DNA of 63,527 bases, filler included, from Octopus bimaculoides (Eukaryota), in the NCBI RefSeq assembly GCF_001194135.2. It is 7 parts of 7 records of this genome, joined end to end, with 100 filler letters (N's around TTAATTAATTAA, not from the genome) between each part and the next. Parts side by side here need not be neighbours in the genome. Positions count along the whole stretch, not along the records: positions 8,279 to 17,296 come from NC_068991.1; positions 17,397 to 24,716 come from NC_069001.1; positions 24,817 to 47,007 come from NC_068985.1; 4 more parts are not named here. One strand, given 5' to 3'. Each line of letters begins with the position of its first letter. Within the stretch, counting starts at the first letter, position 1. This document shows positions 11,260-24,965 of this stretch, in pieces. The notes under the pieces are model-generated. The model made no database searches, had not been told where the DNA came from, and saw nothing but the letters and a program-made list of their open reading frames with translations. A program made the position numbers and the translations under genes.

Positions 11260-12408
11260 TGTATGTATGTATGTATAGGCTGGTAGACAGATATCGTCAG
11301 TGTTGTGCAATCTTAATTTGGGTTGGGAAGTGTTGCTTCAATTTAAAAATTCCTTATGGCAAAGTTTATTATTATATTATAAATGTATTCTTAACGGGTA
11401 TCGCGAAATTCCACATAAGTTTACATTTACACCAACAAAATAGTTATTCTTAACTTTATATGTTTTCTGTGAATGTCGAATTATTACATTTCTATAGAGG
11501 ATAAAGCATTGCGAACTGTCCATAACTATTGTAAGCCTAAACAATCTGTGATGCATATACTTATACATAAAACTTAATAATATCTGGATTTATGAAATGC
11601 CGACTAGAAATGAAAAGAGAACGTATGGTAATTTAATTTATAAACAGTTTCCTGTATTTGAATATAGATAAATTACGAACAATATGAGGGAAATATTCAA
11701 TCTAGTTATAAAACATAAATGAACTACACGAAGAAAGAGGCCATGTGAGGGCTTTTTAAAAACATGGTTTCTCTCTAGAAATATTATATGTAATTGAATT
11801 ATCACCTTCGGATAATTAAAATGCTCGTGGATGTTAATTCAACATATAGGGTTCATCTTAGTTTCTATAGTAAAATCAAAAACCGATACAGCACGTTCAT
11901 TTGTGGTATAATTGAATACCTGTATATGAAATTGTGAGTTATGTTTCTTAACGTGTCGTTTGTAACAACGTAATATAGTATATTATCAAATATCGATTTT
12001 ATATATGACCTAAAAAAAATTAGGCAGGCTTAAGCGCGTGATATAGTCAATTACATAGACCCCTTTAACAGAAACGACCAAATCGATTCTAATAAGATTT
12101 GAAGTTAGTTTCTTGTGAAGGGGCGCAATTAGAGAGTTTTTTATTTTATTTTAATGGCAATGCTTAACAATTCAATCACATATTGTCATATCTTTTCAGA
12201 TTTTAACACAAAAGTTATCGTAGTTTCATAGCCAGCTCACATTTTTGAAGACACTTAACAAACTTACTTTCTCAATACAATTGTAGACTTAGGTGCTTTA
12301 TGCATATAATGGATTTACAAGAGTGATCGCTGTACCATGTGAGTAAATATTACAATTAACAGAAGACACTTGATATCAGGAATATTATATATCATTCATA
12401 TAGGGCCC

Positions 12409-12622
12409 TATGTGGGCAGAATTGTTAGCACACTGGACAATCTGCATGATGCCATTTCGTCCTTATTTACATACTGAGTTCAGATTTTGTCGAGATTAAT
12501 TTTGTCTTCCATCGTTTTGGGATCGTTAAAATAAGCACCGCTTGAGTACTGGGGTCAATGTAATCAACTAGCTCCATGCCTTTAAATTTCTGGCCTTGTT
12601 CATATAATTGAAAAGGATTATA
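12409..12622 (+). mobile_element. SINE family B monomer, diverged
   Basis: gcagaattgttagcac...gagttcagatt...gtactggggtcaatgtaatc...ggccttgt. Confidence 0.75.
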
Positions 12623-13640
12623 TACTATTCACAATAATAACTTAAATAATCAACCCTATCACACGAAATATAGTACGAAGCCACTCTTGTTAATGGTATA
12701 TCGCTTTATAGACTTGACCAAATTGAATTATGAGCAAAATTTCTCTTTCATGACCAAAATATATTCTATATAAAGATGTTGTGTAGCTTCCAATGCAATA
12801 TATAACGCTTGCAGGCCATTTAAAAAAAGAGTATGTTGTGATTTAAGGAGCTTCGAATCCATATCGTCATCAAATATTGTTTCAAAGATATTTTCTGAAT
12901 ATTTTTCCTAATTTAATACGAAGCTTCTCAAACAAAACTAAAAAAATATAACAACCTTTATGTAGTTTGATTAAACTACTGCATCCACTATAAATCAATG
13001 TTGTAATTTAGATGGAATATATATTTAAACTATGGTTGAAATATAGGAAATTTAGAAGACGGCTATTCAATGATTTGCTACTATCTTCCATGGTCTTAGC
13101 TTTCTTTTAATCCATATGTAATCATTTTATTACCCAACATAGATCATTACTACCCACGTGCTTCGCAGATATTTCTCTGTAAATCTTTCCATTTGCTTTC
13201 TCTGTATTCCTTATAGTAAATGCAATTGAATGAGCGTTCAGACAACACTTCACTAACTCAAATCCATTAAACTACGGAAAAATTTGGAGGGTACCATTAA
13301 AGCTACAGCTCGCAAACAGACTTCAGAGAGACTCCTGTACATTATTATGATTGTTACTTTCATCGATACTTACTGTCTTTATGATTGTTATAAGAAGCTA
13401 GTTTACATTTACAATTAAAGAGTAAATAGTTCCTCAGTCCTAACTTCCGAAAGTACTGAGAATTATTTGCAAATTATATTTTCACGTTCAACCTAAAAGT
13501 AGAGTCGTTAAAAATATTGTTTATTGTATCTTTATATATTTACTTGTGTGAGCGGGTATGCGTTAATACGCACAGAGACAAATCACATACACACGCACAC
13601 AAACACACAAGCACAAACGCACACAGGTATATATATATTT

Positions 13641-13681
<41 letters not shown>

Positions 13682-13744
13682 TGATATACCATAAATAATG
13701 CGTTATTTTATACTTATATTTTTCAAAATTAAGATAAACAAAGT

Positions 13745-13935
13745 TCTTTTTAAAACTAAAATATACTCTCCTTTATTTTCCACAATGCTCTTCCGTCTTT
13801 GGAAGGCTTGCAAGGCCCCGGGTTCAAAATCCACTTGTCTGTGACGAAAAATACTCCTACACTACTGTTCTATCCTCCTCTACAGAACTGATATTTTCTC
13901 CGTGCAGATGATTTTGAAGACTTCAGATACGGCTT
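13745..13935 (-). mobile_element. Mariner transposase C-terminal fragment
   Basis: Aligns by eye with 33540-33660 and ends in an IVENKGEYI-like motif on the minus strand. Confidence 0.65.
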
Positions 13936-14049
13936 TTTGAGCCTAAATCTTGTGAAGAACTTTTGGTCATTTTCTAGACAGACACTTCTACGTAGATTCT
14001 TTTAATCCCCTGTCGTACCTAAGCACAAATAACAGTAGCTACCGGAATG

Positions 14050-15330
14050 AAGCACTATAGATCAAATATTAACCACATCAAAGCACAACAGTATCTCATA
14101 ACACAATTCTGGGAAAAGTTATAAATATCTTAGACATGATCAGAATGTCAACCATGATACACACTTCAAAAGGGTAAAATAATAATCCGAACTCTAAGCT
14201 TAAAAGCGCATTGTCAACAATGCATTTCCAGTGACTGTCCTCACGGTTACATATTTGCCCAGTGAGATGTTCAATAATATAATTCAATGAGATTGGTGCT
14301 CGAACTCGCAAGCTGCTCAGGGTTACGGGAAAGTTCAACAGTGGAGACGTAGATAAACTATACTTTCCACGCAAGGAAAGTGAACGCGGTGTGAAGTCTG
14401 TATTGATGTCATATGAAGCACGTATTCTGACGTTGTGAGAACTTATGCAACAGAGCAAAGAGACCAGTAACTACCTTTCCCAATTTTACGATCATGAAAT
14501 TAACTACATAGGATAAGTAATGAACACGAGGAGAGAAATGAAATAAGAGCTGATACAGATCTCTTCCCGCAGGGTATTGCTAAATTCTGTTTATCAAAAG
14601 AACAAAACAAATGGACTACTCCTTGGGAAAATTGTGCATAGATACTGGGCACAAAAAACTCAAACTGTAGAAGTAGTTGGTCATATCAAAAGCTTGGCAT
14701 GGCATGTCGACATGTTTATGACACACCGCTCGAAAGCTACGTCCATAAATTTCAATAGTAAAAGATCCTAAACAAATAAGTGAAGCGTCAAAGACAGAAA
14801 ACAGCGACAGACAACAGAAACACCACGTTGGTGCCAACAGCAATATATTGTGTTCCATATATTATATACCCCTGCATGCATGGTGCAGTGAACAGTCTGG
14901 AACACGATGAAAAATAAATAAAGCACTAACAGAAGAAAGTAACTATGTCAGAACCAATGGATTAAGGATTACAGGTCACCAAGTTAAAATGCAACAGACC
15001 AAATATTGTGTGGGAGCAGATGGAAATTATATGCTCTGTTGCGGATATCAGCTGACCTCTGAACATCAATGTCGTTAGAAAAAAAATACAGAAGAAAGAT
15101 AACATCTACTGACCACTGATAAAGAGTTTGAAAATCCAGTATCCAAGATACACTTTCAGCATCATAGCTTTCAGTCTTGGGACAACAGGATATGTAACAA
15201 ACCATCTGGAGCAAAGTATAATTGAACTTGGGTTTTGAGAACGCAACTCCGTTATTTATACACAAAAAAATGATCATTATATCTGGGATTATAAAAATCT
15301 GCAACAACTTCTTAACATTGTGGGGCGATA
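14050..15330 (+). mobile_element. Heavily decayed R4-clade (RLE) LINE 3' portion
   Basis: Broken frames give YKYL, EIGARTRKLLRVTGKFNSGDVDKLYFPRKESERG, NRPNIVW, YPRYTFSIIAFSLGTTG and IIKICNNFL. Confidence 0.7.
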
Positions 15331-16870
15331 AATGAAATGAAATGCTTTGTTTCACAATCTTGCTGCAAAGTATGTGGACACTCAAACGTTAATCTAGATA
15401 AAAAAAAAGGGGGAAAGATACATACATACATACATACGCACATACATACATACATACATACATAGATATATACATACATACATACATACATAAGCGCACA
15501 CACACACACAAAATGTACAAAGATGGAGAGAAAGAGATAGAGTGACGTAGGACAAACTAAGAGAGAGAGGAAGAAATATACAGATTTATAGCAATATAAA
15601 TATATTTAACAATATGATGACTCGAAATCATTAATATATGTATTAATGCATGTAGTCTTTAGCTGATGCTGAATCGATATTCATTTTATATATATTTTTT
15701 TGTGTTCAAACTACTTAATTTCTTTCTAAAGATTTCTTAAGCAATAAATATTTTTATTTGTCAAATCTAAATAAATTATAGAATCATACTGGATGCCTTT
15801 GGGTTGTTCAGAAATACATTTTCCTTTCGAGAGTAAGAACTTTGAGGATTTAACTCTGGCGATATAAGAATTTTGGTTCGTTTTCAATCATAAATAACAA
15901 CCTCGGTACAGTCAAGACGAATTCGAAACAAGGCGCGATCATTCTATTCTTGAGAAATGGAAAGAACAATGCCCATAAATATAACGGTCTTATTACAAAA
16001 CAAGACACACATTTGGTCGTAGAGTTATAAAAGCAGTATGTATCACCACTAACGCGTGGAATTCTCAGACTTGCATTTTTGTTGACAATTACACTGGGCC
16101 GCCATTGTTGAGCTTAGCTACAATTTTGTGATAGTCCTCATTAGCAATACCTTATATTTGCTAGTCTCTTCTATTATTTAATCCCATTATTCCAATAATG
16201 GGTTGTCTAAAAAAATCAGTTAATGTTATATATTTTCATAGCCACTTAGGTTGGAGTTCTACGACTGCGGCCATATTGAATTGCCAATATTTTCTTTGGT
16301 CACACATTGCAAATAAAGATATTTTATTTGTCGACAGACAACAGAATCGTTGGCATTATAAATGATGACACTGGTTGTTTAGGCTCAAAAATTCAGGTTT
16401 TCATGTTGACTTCACAGAACATGTCGACATATCGGTGTTCCGTTAATTAATGTGCGGAGAATGTTATGAACACACTGTGAACGTATAAAGGATAATTTTT
16501 TCTGCTGTATTGCACACAACTTCGACTAGCATATCTTTCGTTTGAAATTACCGGCAAGTATTAAGTATAAATAACATACACATGCGAATTATCATTACAT
16601 ACATAAATACGAACATAAATACATTTATGTACACACACAGAGGCATATATGTATATATATATACATGTATATATGCATATATATATATATATATACAAAT
16701 ATATATANNNNNNNNNNNNNNNNNNNNNNNNNNNNNNNNNNNNNNNNNNNNNNNNNNNNNNNNNNNNNNNNNNNNNNNNNNNNNNNNNNNNNNNNNNNNN
16801 NNNNNNNNNNNNNNNNNNNNNNNNNNNNNNNNNNNNNNNNNNNNNNNNNNNNNNNNNNNNNNNNNNNNNN

Positions 16871-16905
<35 letters not shown>

Positions 16906-16911
16906 ATTTAT

Positions 16912-17296
16912 GTGTTTCAGCCAAGTGGCTGCGGTCATGCTGGTGAACCACCGTGATTTTCACGTTCCTTGCATGGCTCGTCTCCCCCAGCTTACATGGT
17001 CCAATCAAGTGTTTTGCTGGCACATCTGGTGTATAAGAGAATTTGACATAGCTGCCCTAAACTGCGTCTCATTACGAGTCATTGGTTCGTCTGGTATCGT
17101 GGAGAGGAAAGCGTCAAGTTTTGTCTTGAAGATCTCCGCATCCATGTCTTGCATGTCTCTCAAATGTTTTGGCAGGGCATTGAAGAGCTGAGGTCCTCTG
17201 AAACCAAGGCTGCTGCAGTATCTCGTTCTTATGTGAGATGCAGTGGACGGTAACTTTGGCACCATGCAGTGGTGACCCGTGCGGGCATTCCTGTAG
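16912..17296 (-). mobile_element. CR1-group LINE 3' end (ORF2 C-terminus plus 3' UTR)
   Basis: GFRGPQLFNALPKHLRDM...FKTKLDAFLSTIPDEP...RAAMSNSLIHQ; the 3' UTR ends ccagcatgaccgcagccacttggctgaaac followed by an AT-rich tail. Confidence 0.8.
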
Positions 17297-17340
17297 NNNN
17301 NNNNNNNNNNNNNNNNNNNNNNNNNNNNNNNNNNNNNNNN

Positions 17341-17352
17341 TTAATTAATTAA
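17341..17352. other. Assembly gap spacer TTAATTAATTAA (artefact)
   Basis: Between 44-N runs. Confidence 0.95.
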
Positions 17353-17396
17353 NNNNNNNNNNNNNNNNNNNNNNNNNNNNNNNNNNNNNNNNNNNN

Positions 17397-17694
17397 AAAG
17401 ACCTGGAAATAGAGATAACTCGAATGTGGAATCTAAAAACAGAAACAATTCCTATCATAGTAGGTGCCTTAGGTATAATAAAAAAATATTCAGACAAATA
17501 CATAACAAAAACACCAGGACTTACAAATATATATAACATACAGAAAATTGCACTACTGGGTACTGCACACATTCTACGCAAAACACTTTCAATACAGTAA
17601 ACATAAGAGCACCACAGCAAACCACAGCACATACCCAAGGCGCACAGAGCTGCGCTCGGTAGTGAAGTGAAAGCACGTTATAAAAATAAAACTA

Positions 17695-17730
<36 letters not shown>
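17397..17730 (+). mobile_element. R4/Dong-type LINE (family F) RLE C-terminus, 3' UTR and (AAT)n tail
   Basis: KDLEIEITRMWNLKTETIPIIVGALGIIKKYSDKYITKTPGLTNIYNIQKIALLGTAHILRKTLSIQ* is open with no stops. Confidence 0.88.
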
Positions 17731-18772
17731 TGTAGTAAGAAGAGGAAAAGGAAGGAAAATAGCAAGAAGAAGAGGAAAAAGATAGGAGAAAAAAAACAAG
17801 GAAAATGAGAATGAAAAGAAAAGCTTATCACAACTGACCTGTCATGTACCAACTCCGCTTTACAGTGTTCTAAATAATAATCATTCTGGGTGCAAATCAT
17901 GGAATGGTAAACTCAAACATTGATTGCCTCAAGAAGACTGTTAAGAACGAACTGCAGCTGAATCGTTTTCCCTTCAGGAATGACACCATTACTCGGCAAA
18001 GAATCGACATTCAGGAGTATTAAGTAAAGCTGTGGACATAAATCTTGATTATTAATCTGTGGTAAAGGAGTCAGATCAGAACGTACCGATAAAAGATGGA
18101 TGGCGTCTCATGATGGTGAGTTTGAGGCTGACTAGACATCTTCTTAGAGAGAACTTTCTGGGATTTGTTTCACAATTACTTACATAGGTGTATTGCTATA
18201 CAGCAGACATAAATTTGGATTTCTCATTCGAAATCAAATTCTGTCATAAAAAGAAAGTGTCCAGAATTTTATTGCATCCACAGTAATGCTCATTTAAATT
18301 GATTCTAGCTCTTCCGATTTATTCTGTTTTATGAGTAAAGTAGATGTTTCATTAATGATGTGCTCTCAAATATACAAATAAACAAATTGGTCCTTCCATT
18401 CTCTACTAATACGTTAGTTTAGTTTACAGCTACTTTAAGACGCAGCTGATCCATGATATTTTTGAGGAAAGAAAGCCAAGAACGTCTTCTCTGAAGAACA
18501 TAAATCAAACTTTGAAACGCCGCGTCAAGGCACTCATTTTCATATTCCCATACTTTTCCCACATCGCTGAAATAGTAGGCATGCATCGGCATACGGATTA
18601 CACTAACAATTAGGTTCTGAAATGTTTACTTTTATTTCTTTTTCGTATCATGTAGCCTGTATTGTACAATGCGCACACAGACATACATATACATACATAC
18701 AAACATACATACATACATGCATACATGCATACATACATACATACATGCATGCATACATACATGCATCTATAT

Positions 18773-19150
18773 ATACAGTGGTATCAAGCGCAGTACGAAG
18801 ATATAGTGGGGGCAGGAAGTCCCCTTGGAAGATGCCCCTCCTGATTTCTACTGTCCCTAAACTTCTTCTGTATGCTGTCAGGTCCGTCCTCCATTCCGCC
18901 ATACTTTTTCCAAGCAATCGCTCAACATTCGATGCAGTACCAAATAGGTTCATATATTCCATTATCCAAGAGTGTGGGATCTTATCGTATGCCTTACGAT
19001 AGTCGATCCATGACATGGCTAAGTTACTTTGCAGTCTCTAAGTACAGTTTCGTCTATCAGGAGTTGATCCTTGGCACCCCTTCTGCTCATGTGGCAGGAC
19101 TCCATTTTTTTTCCAGATGTTCGTACATTGACTCCGCGATTATTCCAATC
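18773..19150 (-). mobile_element. R4/Dong-type reverse transcriptase core fragment
   Basis: MSWIDYRKAYDKIPHSWI...RRGIFQGDFLPPL. Confidence 0.88.
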
Positions 19151-19202
19151 AATAATTTCCACATAATAATAATAATGTAGAAAGCATTATTAATACTTTC
19201 CA

Positions 19203-19207
<5 letters not shown>

Positions 19208-19260
<53 letters not shown>

Positions 19261-19345
19261 GTTGTTGTTGTTTTTGTTGTTGTTATTATTATTATCATTA
19301 TTATTGTTATTATTATTATTATTCAGTAGTTTTATTTTTATAACG
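19208..19345 (-). mobile_element. Family F LINE 3' terminus plus (AAT)n tail
   Basis: ttcagtagttttatttttataacg is the reverse complement of 17668-17700. Confidence 0.8.
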
Positions 19346-19496
19346 NNNNNNNNNNNNNNNNNNNNNNNNNNNNNNNNNNNNNNNNNNNNNNNNNNNNNNN
19401 NNNNNNNNNNNNNNNNNNNNNNNNNNNNNNNNNNNNNNNNNNNNNTATTTCCGATGTTTTTGGATAAGTTTCGGAGCAGTGATTTATCGTACTCTA

Positions 19497-19752
19497 CGGT
19501 GTTAGAAGTTCACTACCAGTGAACTAAGATACCACCCCTTATTTTTCGAGCACCACCCAGAGTATAGCTGGTCTGTGACATTTTTTTACATACCATGCTA
19601 TGTTGTTTTCTTCTGCTCTAATGCTGTGTTCGCATCCAATCAGTCCCCCCCCACTCTTTTTCTTAGTACATACAGTCTTTTGGGGTGGAGTACCCCATAT
19701 CTAGTCAGCAGCTTCCTTGTCTTTCTATCTAAGCTGTCTACGGTCGTCTACG
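19497..19752 (-). mobile_element. Internally deleted copy of the Dong-type element at 1753-3243
   Basis: 19627-19750 matches ~2075-2205; 19497-19560 matches the 3' end ~3118-3180; (TAA)n upstream at 19756-19795. Confidence 0.8.
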
Positions 19753-19756
19753 TTCC

Positions 19757-19791
<35 letters not shown>

Positions 19792-20033
19792 AATTACCAA
19801 TGTAGTTACTAGAGCGGGTAGCAATTCGATCAATACCATTAAAACAAAGGCACAGTTAACTTTGAAGATTTTGTTGCATTTGTTAGTTTTTTATTGTACT
19901 ACAAATATGTATAATACTTAATACGTTTTTATGGCAGAAATCAAATTTTGTGACACAGAAGTTATGTAACTGTTTCTTTGATTTACAAATGCATCCGATT
20001 AACTACTTCCACTTTGTTTCCATCATTTGGTCT

Positions 20034-20251
20034 CTACTCTTTTAGTTGTTTCAGTCATGAGACTTTGGCCATGCTGGGGCATTGCCTTGAAGAATTTTTG
20101 CTCAAATGAATCGACAACAGTCCTTGATACTTATTTTACTGGTCTATTTTGCTGAACCATATGGGGGTGCAAATACACAAACACCAGTTGTCAAGCGGTG
20201 GAGCAGGGACAAATATAGACACAAAAACAGACAAACAGTCAGGCACACACA

Positions 20252-20296
<45 letters not shown>

Positions 20297-20300
20297 TAAC
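20034..20300 (-). mobile_element. SINE family A 3' half plus (CA)n
   Basis: gtttcagtcatgagactttggccatgctgg...ttgtcaagcg. Confidence 0.75.
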
Positions 20301-21017
20301 ACACACACACACGAGCGCGCACTATATAGTCGCTCTTCCCTTCAGCTTATTATTGCCCTTATTTTTAGTTTCCCTTGTCTGAAATCTTTCNNNNNNNNNN
20401 NNNNNNNNNNNNNNNNNNNNNNNNNNNNNNNNNNNNNNNNNNNNNNNNNNNNNNNNNNNNNNNNNNNNNNNNNNNNNNNNNNNNNNNNNNNNNNNNNNNN
20501 NNNNNNNNNNNNNNNNNNNNNNNNNNNNNNNNNNNNNNNNNNNNNNNNNNNNNNNNNNNNNNNNNNNNNNNNNNNNNNNNNNNNNNNNNNNNNNNNNNNN
20601 NNNNNNNNNNNNNNNNNNNNNNNNNNNNNNNNNNNNNNNNNNNNNNNNNNNNNNNNNNNNNNNNNNNNNNNNNNNNNNNNNNNNNNNNNNNNNNNNNNNN
20701 NNNNNNNNNNNNNNNNNNNNNNNNNNNNNNNNNNNNNNNNNNNATACATATATATACATATATATACATATATATAAATATAAATATATAATTTAGAGAA
20801 AAGAATCAAGGTTCATGAACTCATCCATGAAAATCCACAGTCACATATAGAAAAATTGAATAAGTAAATACACTAAAAAATATTGTTGCAACATATTTGG
20901 TATTTGAAAGGAGTTTTTAACTGTAAATTTCGATTTTTATCCCTAGTATTATTATCATATATATATATACATACACACACACACACACAAACCCCCACCC
21001 ACATATATACGTACATA

Positions 21018-21160
21018 CATACGACGGGCTTCGTTTAACTTCCATCTACGAAAGCCACTCATAAAACTTTGGTTGACCCAAGGCTATAATCGAAGACACT
21101 TGCCAGTGAGACTGAACCCGGAAGTATGTAGCTGGGAAGCAAGTTTCTTATTACACAACC
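21018..21160 (-). mobile_element. SINE family A 5' half
   Basis: acgacgggcttc...gaagacacttgcc...actgaacccggaa. Confidence 0.8.
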
Positions 21161-22135
21161 AATCATGAGCTATTTGGATATTTTATTAACTTTTTCCTGT
21201 ATCATTACTGAAATTTCATTGCTAGACTAGAAACTTAAAGTGCAGAGTCATGGAATTTAAGTTCGAATGCTGATAGATATTTTGAATACGCTATTTTAGA
21301 TATCGAATGCTCACTGTTGTCTTCTTGTTTACACTGTGTTCTGTGCTTATGCTGGCACCGTCGTTTCTGAAAAAGAAATGAAATAGAGAACATCAGCAAT
21401 TAATTCGGTCAAAATAACGAAGAAAAGGACCATGATTCATGAAGTGTCATAAATATTTAAAGAATGTTTGTCTTCTCATTAACTATTTACAAATCTACCA
21501 GATTACAAAAGTAAAATAAACGAAATAGTTTCTCCCATATATCTTCAAGGAATTACAGAGTTAGTAATACAAGAGAAATATATTGTTGGATTCCTCATTT
21601 AGATTTGTCATATTTTTACCCATGACTCCTTTGGTAATCCCGTCATTGTTGCAACAATGAAATGTTAGGAGCAACAACAGTTTTAATTGTACTAATGAGA
21701 TGTGGTCCAGGCTATCGGAAGGACTCGTCTGTTAAATGCATTAGTCAAGGATTAACACTGGTCAACCAAATATTTCAAAATGTTTTTGAAATGATCATTT
21801 TCTCCCAGTCAGTTCAGATAACACACAGATTAAAAGATTTGTTGAAATAATGTGACGTTGATTGCTACCGAATTATAAAGTGATTGATTTTAGAGAAGTG
21901 AAAATATTTGTGATGTTATTGATGAGTACAGTTAGTGTCCTTGAAGAAAATTTTTTATCAAATCTGTTCCTTCCACGAGAGAATGTGAACGACTTGAAAA
22001 TCTCATATTATAATTTTCTTGCTGTAGTCATGCGACACTTTGAAGAGTCTACCCACAATCCTCACTTTTAAGACCTGGTACTTCTTCTATCAGTGTGTGT
22101 GTGTTTGTGTGTGTTTGTGTGTGTGTGTGTGTGTG

Positions 22136-22277
22136 TGGCTTCTTTCAGTTTCCGTTTTGAAACTCCACTCGTAAGTCTTTGGTTGGTCCGGGCCTATGAT
22201 TGAAGGCATATACCCACGATGACTCGCAGTAGAACTGAACCTGGAAACATTTGGTTTGAAAAGACGTTTCTTACGAA
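22136..22277 (-). mobile_element. SINE family A 5' half, diverged
   Basis: ggcttctttcagtttccg...actgaacctggaa. Confidence 0.65.
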
Positions 22278-24760
22278 AAATATCATAACTCGAATTACCA
22301 CACTCCTGGGACCAATTATCAAACCATTTCAGCCATGATCATCGTGATTTGGGGAGTATTTAGAGATGGCATTATGAACTACCCCTTCCTCATTTGTGAA
22401 TGTTAGGGGTAACTTGAGAAACATATAGCTCTTATTTCTAGCAAAACAAAGACCACATTATGTCGCACTCGTTGGTTCGTGTAGTTGTTAATGCTCGGCT
22501 CCAGGCTATTCTTGATGCTGCAAGCCAATAATTATAGCCATTCAAGTCTTACTATGACAAACTAAGTGTGCATACAAGGTAATATTATCATGCAACAAAG
22601 TACAGAGCGGTTCTAGAGTTATTTGGATGCACATTTCTGGCGGAATGCTGTGTAGTTATAGTTTCCCCATTCACATCACTATGACGCACGCGCTCTCAAA
22701 CCGAAACAAAACTATATATATAATTGTTTATATAAACAATTTATATCAGCATACCACGAGGTCAATGACAATTTGAAAGTGCTTATCTAAGAGAATTATA
22801 TCAAATTTTATTAAATATACTTCAAATACCCTCTTTCTGGAACAGGTATTATCTAACACAAATGCATTTGCATATAACAAATGCTCGGTGCGGTTGAAAG
22901 AAGAATGTAAGCGCATTGTTTCTAACCTATTGAAGTGCCCTAATATGTGGGACAAAGACTCATGATTAACCGCTGCACAGCCTCTTGACAGGGGTGACGT
23001 ATCTGGCTTCCTTCCGCAAATATCAGCGTAGATCAGCTGATATGTCTTACTTATACTTCTTATGACGAGGTGGGTAACTTCGAAGTAGATCAAAGAATAT
23101 TTTGATAAGTTTTAGAAAGGATTATGCTATGTGATGTTCTCTCTTCTATATTTCTTGCCATAAGCTTTGCTACTGTTGGTATTATGTGAGATAGTATACT
23201 CCATGCTAGAATTAGCTTTAAGGCCAGATGAATCAGCAATGTTACTCATCGTATCACCACTTATAGAAGATCTTATAAAGCCATTGTCCGAAGAATTGTA
23301 ATTTTAATTTCTATCGTTATTACTGTTACCCTGTTATTGCAACTCACACTATTAGTAATATAATTAGCATTAGTGCTAATAATTATAAATAATATTAATG
23401 CATGCGAACCGTTTCTTGTCGTAAGCTTTTGAGAAACTTATCAAATCATTTTTATATTTCAGATTTATGTTGGTGTTTACGCTTAAAATTCCGTTAATAA
23501 TAGTTATAGGTTGATAGTAGTTGTGCATTTCGTTCTTTTCTGGGTCGATAATATAAATACTAATTGAGACTAGGATAGATGTAATCGACTTGTCCCCTTT
23601 CCTGAACTTGCTGGTCTTGTCTCAGAATTTGAAACCAATACTATTTATATGGTTTATGCTTACTTTTCGCTTTGTCTTCACCTTTTCCCTATATTATTAT
23701 CTTCTTTTGTGTTACAAAATTAAAGAATTAGTCCATTAGATATAAAACTCCATGTGATTATGATACAAATTGCCAATTATAAAATGATGTAAATCAAAAT
23801 ATTTCATGTTGAATTTCTGTTCCAAAAGCCGGTTCAATAACGAGAAAATTATATTATTAAACTCTTTGTCTTTTTCTAGAATATTTCTCCAGAAATAAGT
23901 AACAGAGAAGTTAATGTTATTATTATTCTTATGTTTATTTTCCATATTATTACTTTTATGCATGTTAACATTAATTGGGAAAATTACTGCTATAACCAAA
24001 ACCACTCTTATTCCTGATATCCATATTACTATCTATCACTGAGTAGATATTAGCTGGATGCTTAATAATAGTATTATTAAATTCCGTAGGTTTACTTAAG
24101 CCCGTACATTTATAAGTAGGTATATCAGTAATTTTCTCATTACAAGAGCACCTTTTCAGTGCACTGTTGTAATGCCAGGTATTAACATGCAACATTTATT
24201 TATTAGCTCATAGATTATATGTAATAACATATATATTTATGTTACTAATAATGGATTTAATTGAGCTGGATAACCTATGGATATATTTTTGATTTTAATT
24301 AACCTTATTGTAAGATCTTTTTGGAGATCTAGCATATCATCAAGACGAATTAATTATTTTTTTTTGTTTCGTGCTGAACCCTGAAGAATTTAAAGGTTAA
24401 ATACTTGAAAAGTTTACATATTCTTTTATAAAGCTGCACGGAAGTTGAAGATTTATAATTATTAACGCTTAGGTAAAAAATTATTAAACATATGCTCTAT
24501 AACTTTTCCTGAGTTTTAATAATCTAACAAGCTGAAGTCTGTACACAGATTCCTTAAATACTATCGTAAGTCATTGGTGTATAATTATAATAATTATCAC
24601 TGAAACGCGTGTAAAATCGATATAAATGTATAATTTAACACTAGTACTTCTTGTACACATACACACATAAACATGTGTGTGTGTATGTATACACACACAT
24701 GTATAAATGTATATATNNNNNNNNNNNNNNNNNNNNNNNNNNNNNNNNNNNNNNNNNNNN

Positions 24761-24772
24761 TTAATTAATTAA
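24761..24772. other. Assembly gap spacer TTAATTAATTAA (artefact)
   Basis: Between N runs. Confidence 0.95.
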
Positions 24773-24922
24773 NNNNNNNNNNNNNNNNNNNNNNNNNNNN
24801 NNNNNNNNNNNNNNNNCGCGTGCGTGCATGTGTTTACGTACTATGTGGTTGCCTTGTGCTAAATGCTTTATTTCATAACCGGATATTTGTTATTTTACTT
24901 CTTGAATATGTATTTGTGTTCT

Positions 24923-24926
<4 letters not shown>

Positions 24927-24965
<39 letters not shown>

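Noticed and set aside
21315-21366. Small minus-strand exon after a pyrimidine-rich acceptor
   Set aside because: Donor is weak and the peptide is unrecognisable
21662-21850. CGPGYRKDSSVKC, an EGF-like fragment
   Set aside because: Only two cysteines and no exon boundaries
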